NCBI GenBank assembly: GCA_964623405.1
Contig: CAZURC010000004.1
Location: 1 to 41,982, forward strand
Origin: an uncultured Treponema sp.
GTDB taxonomy: Bacteria > Spirochaetota > Spirochaetia > Treponematales > Treponemataceae
Length of the DNA: 41,982 nucleotides
Direction of reading: 5' to 3'
Below the pieces are notes generated by a model that did no database searches, was not told the origin of the DNA, and worked only from the letters and a program-made list of their open reading frames with translations. Positions 36,088 to 41,982 of this stretch are shown piece after piece. How positions within the stretch are numbered: the first letter of the stretch is position 1; each line of letters opens with the position of its first letter. The position numbers were made by a program, and so were the translations under genes.

Positions 36088-37479
36088 ATGATGAGATCGC
36101 TTTACTCTGGAGTTTCAGGACTTCAGAACCACCAGACAAGAATGGATGTTATCGGCAACAACATCTCAAATGTAAACACGACCGGATTTAAGCGCGGACG
36201 GGTTAATTTCCAGGATATGATAAGCCAGCAGATGTCCGGCGCGGCAAAACCTACAGAAGAGAAGGGTGGCGTGAACCCTAAGGAAGTAGGGCTTGGAATG
36301 ACAGTTGCGGCGATTGACACTGTTTTTACCCAGGGAAACTTGCAGTCAACTGGAATCGCAACCGATGTTGCAATTCAGGGAAATGGATTCTTCCTTGAGA
36401 AGAACGGAGATAAATCATACTACACCCGCGCCGGAGCGTTTTCTCTTGACTCTGACGGAACTCTTGTAAACCCTGCAAACGGTTTCCGCGTACAGGGCTA
36501 TATGGCCCGCGAGATTGACGGCGAGACTGTCCTGCAGACTTCGGCAAGCCCTGAGGATTTAATCATTCCTATTGGCTCAAAGGATCCTGCAAAGGCGACT
36601 ACTACTGTCAATTATGCCTGCAACCTGAACAAGAATACTCCTGAGATTCCTGAGGATGCTAATGCGGCGGATATTGCAAAGGGAACTTGGAACACAGAGT
36701 TCAAGGTATATGACAGCTTTGGCAACACACATCTTCTTTCTCTCAGTTTTCAGCGTGTGACAGGCAACCCTAACCAGTGGCGTGCAACTGTGAATGTTGA
36801 TGCGGATAACGCAGACTTTACGCAGACGAGAGTAGGACTTGGAACAACGGACGGCGTGGGAAACACGTTCCTTGTGAACTTTGACAACACAGGGACACTC
36901 GCCTCTGTTACAGACGAGGCCGGAAACATCACAAATCCTGACGGCGAGATTATACTCCAGGCAAGCTATACAGTTCCCGATTCAAATCCAAATGAAGACG
37001 GAACTCCTTACCGCCAGACAATGAACATCAATCTAGGCACAATCGGAAGTCAGAAGAACACTGTTACTCAGAGCGCGTCAAGCTCATCAACTAAGGCATT
37101 CTATCAGGATGGCTACACAATGGGTTATCTTGACAACTTCAAGATTGACTCATCGGGAATAATCACCGGTGTATATTCAAACGGCACAAACCGCACAATC
37201 GGACAGCTTGCGCTTGCGACGTTCACAAACCAGAACGGACTTGAGAAAGCCGGAGACAACACTTATGTTGAAAGCAATAACTCAGGCATAGCAAATATTG
37301 GCACGTCGGGAATTGCGGGCAAGGGAAGCCTTCTTGCGGGCGCTCTTGAGATGTCGAATGTCGATCTTTCTGAGCAGTTCACAGACATGATTGTGACCCA
37401 GAGAGGATTCCAGTCAAATGCCAAGACTATCCAGACAGCCGACACCCTGCTTGAGACAGTTCTATCGCTCAAGCGCTAG
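36088..37479 (+). CDS. flgE: Flagellar hook protein FlgE (463 aa)
   Basis: [33 protein letters not shown] and [17 protein letters not shown]. Confidence 0.97.
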   Translation: MMRSLYSGVSGLQNHQTRMDVIGNNISNVNTTGFKRGRVNFQDMISQQMSGAAKPTEEKGGVNPKEVGLGMTVAAIDTVFTQGNLQSTGIATDVAIQGNGFFLEKNGDKSYYTRAGAFSLDSDGTLVNPANGFRVQGYMAREIDGETVLQTSASPEDLIIPIGSKDPAKATTTVNYACNLNKNTPEIPEDANAADIAKGTWNTEFKVYDSFGNTHLLSLSFQRVTGNPNQWRATVNVDADNADFTQTRVGLGTTDGVGNTFLVNFDNTGTLASVTDEAGNITNPDGEIILQASYTVPDSNPNEDGTPYRQTMNINLGTIGSQKNTVTQSASSSSTKAFYQDGYTMGYLDNFKIDSSGIITGVYSNGTNRTIGQLALATFTNQNGLEKAGDNTYVESNNSGIANIGTSGIAGKGSLLAGALEMSNVDLSEQFTDMIVTQRGFQSNAKTIQTADTLLETVLSLKR

Positions 37480-37505
37480 AATTGACTAGTTAAAACAAAG
37501 AATTT

Positions 37506-37533
37506 GCGCACCGGAACATCGGTGCGCTTTTTT
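37506..37533 (+). terminator. Terminator after flgE
   Basis: GCGCACCG / CGGTGCGC stem followed by TTTTTT. Confidence 0.85.
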
Positions 37534-37540
37534 ATTGAAC

Positions 37541-38461
37541 ATGCTTTTTCTTTCTGATTTCTACAAGTCGCTGTTCGGATGCAAAGTCTATAAGGTTTCT
37601 CTTGATTCATTTTGCACATGTCCGAACCGTGACGGGACAAAAAGTACTGGAGGCTGCATTTTTTGCAGCCAGAGCGGAAGCGGAGACTTTATAGCGGGGA
37701 CATCAATAGGTGAACAGTATGAGCTGGGCAGGCTTCTTGTTGATAAGAAGGCAAGGGGGCGAGGCAAAAGCTCCAGGGTTTTGTATCTTCCGTATTTTCA
37801 AAGTTTTACTCCCACCTATGGAAACTTTAATAAAATAAAAGACAATTTTCTTGCTTCATTATCCCTGCCGGACAGCTGCGGTCTTGCCGTCGCAACCCGT
37901 CCAGACTGTATTCCAGAAAATATCTTAGAGCTTTTTAAGGAAATAGCAGAAAAACATTTCTTGCAGATAGAGCTTGGACTTCAGACTTCAAATGACAAGA
38001 CAGGAAATATTATAAACCGCTGCTATGACAGAAAGGATTATGTGGATGCTGTTGAAAGAATAAAAAATAAAATTCCATCGGCACATATTGTGACCCATAT
38101 AATATTTGGGCTGCCAGGAGAAAGAGAGAGCGATATGCTTGACACCGTCCGGTTTGTATGCGAGACAAATGCGGACAGATGCTTTGGAGTAAAAATTACA
38201 AATCTTTATGTTGTTGAAAATACCCCTCTTGCGGAAATGTACCGTAATAACAAATATAGATGCCTTGAAAAAGATGAGTATTTTTGCTGCCTTAAAAAAG
38301 CGTTCTCTTTGCTTCCTAGTGATGCAGTCGTGCACAGGTTTACCGGCGACCCTCCAAAGAGAATAGCTATTGCGCCTCAGTGGGCTTTGAACAAACGGGC
38401 TGTGCTAAATGAGGCAAGAAATCTTTTCTCTGAGATTGAACCTAAGCCCTGGAAAACTTGA
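37541..38461 (+). CDS. Radical SAM protein, TIGR01212/YhcC family
   Basis: TCPNRDGT..GGCIFC, YFQSFTPTY, ATRPDC, IELGLQT and HIIFGLPGE. Confidence 0.9.
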   Translation: MLFLSDFYKSLFGCKVYKVSLDSFCTCPNRDGTKSTGGCIFCSQSGSGDFIAGTSIGEQYELGRLLVDKKARGRGKSSRVLYLPYFQSFTPTYGNFNKIKDNFLASLSLPDSCGLAVATRPDCIPENILELFKEIAEKHFLQIELGLQTSNDKTGNIINRCYDRKDYVDAVERIKNKIPSAHIVTHIIFGLPGERESDMLDTVRFVCETNADRCFGVKITNLYVVENTPLAEMYRNNKYRCLEKDEYFCCLKKAFSLLPSDAVVHRFTGDPPKRIAIAPQWALNKRAVLNEARNLFSEIEPKPWKT

Positions 38462-38564
38462 AAGTCAATATTGTCCAAAAATATGGTAGAACTAATAAAA
38501 CCGTTGTCTGATAAGATAAATTAAAGGAAAGTATACAGAGGCTTCCTTGTTTGACTTTTATAAG

Positions 38565-38673
38565 AGGAGGCGTGATAAAAATTACATCCGTGTAATTTTT
38601 ATCACGCAAGTTGCGTTGCAACTTGTATTTCGTGCCTCCTTGCACGACCGCTAACGCGGTGTTTTTTAAGGAG
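38565..38673 (+). promoter_or_regulatory. Multi-hairpin structured element in the hppA leader
   Basis: Four consecutive perfect inverted repeats (17, 8, 6 and 5 bp). One loop, CTCCTT, is complementary to the hppA RBS AAGGAG. Confidence 0.6.
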
Positions 38674-38681
38674 ATTTAATA

Positions 38682-40859
38682 ATGTCAATCACAGTTTTTC
38701 TGCTGCTGGCCGCGCTTCTTGCTTTGGCTTATGCAGCTTTTAACTTCTTCAAGGTGAAGAATCTTGAGGAAGGAAATGCCTTGATGCAGAAAATCGCATC
38801 TTTTATTCGTGGAGGAGCCAATACTTTTATTAGTATTGAATATAAAACCCTTGCAATTGTGGTTCTTATAGTCGCTGTTGTCGTATGGCTTGCCCTTGAC
38901 TGGTATGTAGCTCTTGCCTTGCTTATCGGCTCTGTAATGTCTGCTTCCGCCGGTCTTGTCGGGATGAAGATTGCGACTTATGCCAATGTCCGTGTTACAA
39001 ACGAGGCGAACAAGACTGAGAACATCGGAAAAACGCTGAAAGTGGCTTTCCGTGGCGGATCTGTAATGGGACTGTGTGTCGGCGGATTTGCGCTTTTGGG
39101 ACTTGCCATTGTTTATATTATCTTCGGAAAGGCTTTTGGCTGGGTTTCTAGCCTTGAGACTGCAAAATGCTGGCTTACGAAGATTGAGATTATAAAATTC
39201 CCTAATATACTGTCAGGATATGCGCTTGGCTGCTCTATGGTTGCCATGTTTAACCGCGTAGGCGGAGGAATATACACAAAGGCCGCTGATATGGGGGCAG
39301 ATTTGGTCGGAAAGACCGAGGCTCACATTCCTGAGGATGACCCGCGTAACCCTGCCACAATTGCGGACAATGTTGGAGACAATGTCGGAGATGTCGCTGG
39401 ACTTGGCTCGGACTTGCTTGAGTCCTATGTTGCTTCGATTGTTGCGGCGATTGCGCTTGCATACAACTTGATTGTGAAAGTTGGAGTTACAAAGAATTCT
39501 CTTGACGCCCTTTATACATTCCCTTTGGCATTTGCGGCGGCAGGACTTGTTGCCTGTGTTATCGGAGTGGCTTCGCTTTTGATACGCAATCTGTCAAAAT
39601 CAAAGAAAGTTCATCAACAGCTTAATATGGCAACTTGGATTGGAGCTGCGCTCACTCTTGTGGCGGGACTTGCGCTTTCATATATTCTTTTTGCAAACAA
39701 GGGAATTGACTTTGCTAATCTAAAATTCAAGGCAGGCTGGGCTTCTCCTTTTATCGGCGGAGCTGTCGGAGTTGTGGCTGGAATCCTGATTGGAATTGTC
39801 GCGGAATACTACACATCCTCTGACTACAAGCCGACAAAGCGTCTTGCTGAGGCTAGCCGCGAGGGAGCCGCCCTTACAATTACTTCTGGGCTTGCTCTGG
39901 GAATGAACTCTTGCATGATTCCTTGTATTATTCTTGGAATCGGTATTATCTTGTCTTACTATCTTGCAGGACTTTACGGTGTCGCTATGTCCGCTATGGG
40001 CATGCTTTCCTTTGTGTCTCTTACTGTTTCTGTTGATACTTACGGTCCTATTTCAGACAACGCCGGAGGAATCGCGGAGATGTCTAAGCTGCCGGAAAAT
40101 GTCCGCAATATTACAGATACTCTTGATGCGGTCGGAAACACCACTGCGGCAATTGGAAAAGGATTTGCAATCGGTTCAGGCGGACTCGCGGCTCTTTCCC
40201 TTATGCTTTCTTACATGTACTCAATTCCAGGTGAAACTCTTACAAACGGAGTTCCTCAGCTGAACATCATGGAGCCTATGACACTTGCGGGCGCTATTGT
40301 AGGAGGCGCAATCCCGTTCCTGTTCTCCGGCCTTTTGATTGATGCGGTTGCAAATGCGGCTAGAAAAATGGTTGAGGAAGTAAGACGGCAGTTCAAGGAG
40401 CATCCTGCGATACTTGAGGGAACTGAGGATCCTGACCATAACCGCTGCATTAAGATCTCAACAGAAGGTTCAATCGGACAGATGAAAGTTCCTGCCTTGA
40501 TGGCTGTTGTTATCCCTGTTGTATGCGGACTTTTGTTTGGCGCAGAATTTGTCGGAGGAATCTTGATTGGCTCGACAATCTGCGCGATTATGATTGCTCT
40601 GTTTACGGGAAACGCCGGCGGCGCCTGGGACAACGGCAAGAAATTTATCGAGCAGGGCGGATTGGAAGGAATCAAGAAAGGAGGTGAAGGATACGATGTT
40701 GTTCATGACGCGGCAGTTGTCGGCGACACCGTAGGAGATCCTCTCAAGGATACAGTCGGACCTTGCATGGACATATTCATCAAGATTATGTCTACGGTCT
40801 CGCTTGTAGCTGTGAACGTCTTTGCGCAGTATAACTTGTGGAATGTTATTTTTAATTAA
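38682..40859 (+). CDS. hppA: Membrane-bound K+-dependent, probably Na+-translocating pyrophosphatase
   Basis: GGIYTKAADMGADLVGK, EDDPRN and DNVGDNVGD. GNTTAA (Ala, K+-dependent) and SDLLESY (gate Glu in the position typical of Na+-PPases). Confidence 0.95.
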   Translation: MSITVFLLLAALLALAYAAFNFFKVKNLEEGNALMQKIASFIRGGANTFISIEYKTLAIVVLIVAVVVWLALDWYVALALLIGSVMSASAGLVGMKIATYANVRVTNEANKTENIGKTLKVAFRGGSVMGLCVGGFALLGLAIVYIIFGKAFGWVSSLETAKCWLTKIEIIKFPNILSGYALGCSMVAMFNRVGGGIYTKAADMGADLVGKTEAHIPEDDPRNPATIADNVGDNVGDVAGLGSDLLESYVASIVAAIALAYNLIVKVGVTKNSLDALYTFPLAFAAAGLVACVIGVASLLIRNLSKSKKVHQQLNMATWIGAALTLVAGLALSYILFANKGIDFANLKFKAGWASPFIGGAVGVVAGILIGIVAEYYTSSDYKPTKRLAEASREGAALTITSGLALGMNSCMIPCIILGIGIILSYYLAGLYGVAMSAMGMLSFVSLTVSVDTYGPISDNAGGIAEMSKLPENVRNITDTLDAVGNTTAAIGKGFAIGSGGLAALSLMLSYMYSIPGETLTNGVPQLNIMEPMTLAGAIVGGAIPFLFSGLLIDAVANAARKMVEEVRRQFKEHPAILEGTEDPDHNRCIKISTEGSIGQMKVPALMAVVIPVVCGLLFGAEFVGGILIGSTICAIMIALFTGNAGGAWDNGKKFIEQGGLEGIKKGGEGYDVVHDAAVVGDTVGDPLKDTVGPCMDIFIKIMSTVSLVAVNVFAQYNLWNVIFN

Positions 40860-40890
40860 GCAATAGATTCCTTTGTATATAAAAAGTATA

Positions 40891-40939
40891 AAAAGGCTTC
40901 CTGTTTCAGTCGCTTATTGTCTGGAGCAGGAAGCCTTTT
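40891..40939. terminator. Bidirectional terminator between hppA and the integrase gene
   Basis: AAAAGGCTTCCTG..CAGGAAGCCTTTT inverted repeat. Confidence 0.85.
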
Positions 40940-40955
40940 CTGTTTTAGAGCTGTG

Positions 40956-41972
40956 TCAGTCAGAGAAAATAGTATTTGCCTTTTCAATTGAGTTTTGCAC
41001 AGATGCTATCAGCTCCGGAATAGAGCTCCGTGTGTAGTATTGGGTCATTTTTACAGAAGAATGACCTGCAAGCTTCTGCACCTCTTCAGCTGAGAGCAAC
41101 CTTCGCATTCTTGTAACATAAGTGTATCTTAGCGAATGAGGGACAATCTTTCTTCCTCCTGTATCTATTCCGGCCTTTTCAATCACAGATTTAAAGACAT
41201 TCTCAAGATGAACCTGCCCGATAGGCTCTCCATTGCTTTTCTGAAAAACAAAGTCATCAGGATTACGCTTGTTTTTTCTGATAAAGTCTTCTACAAGTCT
41301 TATCGTTTTGTCTGGCAGCGGCACAACACGTATTCTGTCGTTGTATTCATTTCCTTTTTTATTGTAGTTTGTCCTTGTGCCATTTCGTTTACAGAAGCCG
41401 TTTACAACAAGAATTTTCTCCTGGAAAAGAAACTGACTTGTCTTTAGCGCCCTTGCTTCTCCTATCCTTAGTCCGCATGACGCAATGCACAAATAGAGAA
41501 GATACTCTGTATATGATTTCCACCAGTTTTTCTGTAAAATACTGTTAAGCTCAGATGTTGAGAGAATGTCGCATTTCCTTGTGTTTAGCGCGAACCGCTG
41601 GAACTGCGGACGAGAAACATGTCTCGGACATTTCCATTTTGTCTCCTCATAGATTGCCGCAAATGTTGAAAGATAAAAGTTCTTCCATGAGCCTGAGTGT
41701 GACTTGTCTCTTATTAAAAGGCTCTCAATATCTCGAAGGGGGAGAGTTGAAATATCACGCTCCCCGAAATCTTTTATTATTTTCTCGGTTATAAGCCTTC
41801 TCTGATAGATTGTCTCTTGGCTAAGTCTTTTGCCAAAGCCTTCCATTCTTTGCAGATGCTCGCTTCCTTTGAGAAACATGTCATTTGCGATACACTTTAC
41901 AAGATATGGGTTTTCTTGATTCTGCCGCTTCTTGCATGAGTCCTTTGTTTTTGCGTAAGTTTTACTGTTCAT
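40956..41972 (-). CDS. Tyrosine recombinase/integrase
   Basis: Catalytic set R (GLRIGE), K (YNKK), HSLR, GH and Y (MTQYY); GGAGG RBS at the window edge. Confidence 0.9.
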   Translation of the reverse strand: MNSKTYAKTKDSCKKRQNQENPYLVKCIANDMFLKGSEHLQRMEGFGKRLSQETIYQRRLITEKIIKDFGERDISTLPLRDIESLLIRDKSHSGSWKNFYLSTFAAIYEETKWKCPRHVSRPQFQRFALNTRKCDILSTSELNSILQKNWWKSYTEYLLYLCIASCGLRIGEARALKTSQFLFQEKILVVNGFCKRNGTRTNYNKKGNEYNDRIRVVPLPDKTIRLVEDFIRKNKRNPDDFVFQKSNGEPIGQVHLENVFKSVIEKAGIDTGGRKIVPHSLRYTYVTRMRRLLSAEEVQKLAGHSSVKMTQYYTRSSIPELIASVQNSIEKANTIFSD

Positions 41973-41982
41973 AAATTCCTCC

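Overview
This is a gene-dense, mostly core-genome segment of a spirochete, almost certainly a gut or rumen Treponema. The markers are a giant GreA, a Cmk-S1 fusion, a eukaryote-type hexokinase, the FlbB collar protein, and a 463-aa FlgE carrying the K165/C178 lysinoalanine residues. The left part holds an M23 peptidase (truncated by the window), a 2x[4Fe-4S] ferredoxin missed by the ORF track, deoC, an MBL hydrolase, a PTS-IIC-like protein, a CobD-like PLP enzyme and greA. A long + strand run follows (rpe, TPR genes, recA, folK, scpA, scpB, rluB, cmk-rpsA, a sigma54 activator, a TPR gene, a lipoprotein). The right part holds tRNA-Arg(UCU), a GH18 lipoprotein, a uracil permease, a PcrA/UvrD helicase, hexokinase, a large HExxH outer-membrane candidate, flbB-fliK-flgD-flgE, a radical SAM protein, a Na+-pumping pyrophosphatase, and a tyrosine recombinase at the edge. 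No CRISPR array, prophage or defence island is visible. The most interesting signals are non-coding. (1) A four-hairpin leader with an anti-Shine-Dalgarno loop lies upstream of hppA. (2) A sigma28-type promoter appears to drive a leaderless GH18 gene. (3) A 5x23-bp tandem repeat sits beside an AT-rich tract. (4) A perfect 14-bp inverted repeat forms the -10 boxes of two divergent promoters. (5) An internal promoter and start lie inside the cmk-rpsA fusion. All functional calls come from motif recognition by eye; no database search was run.
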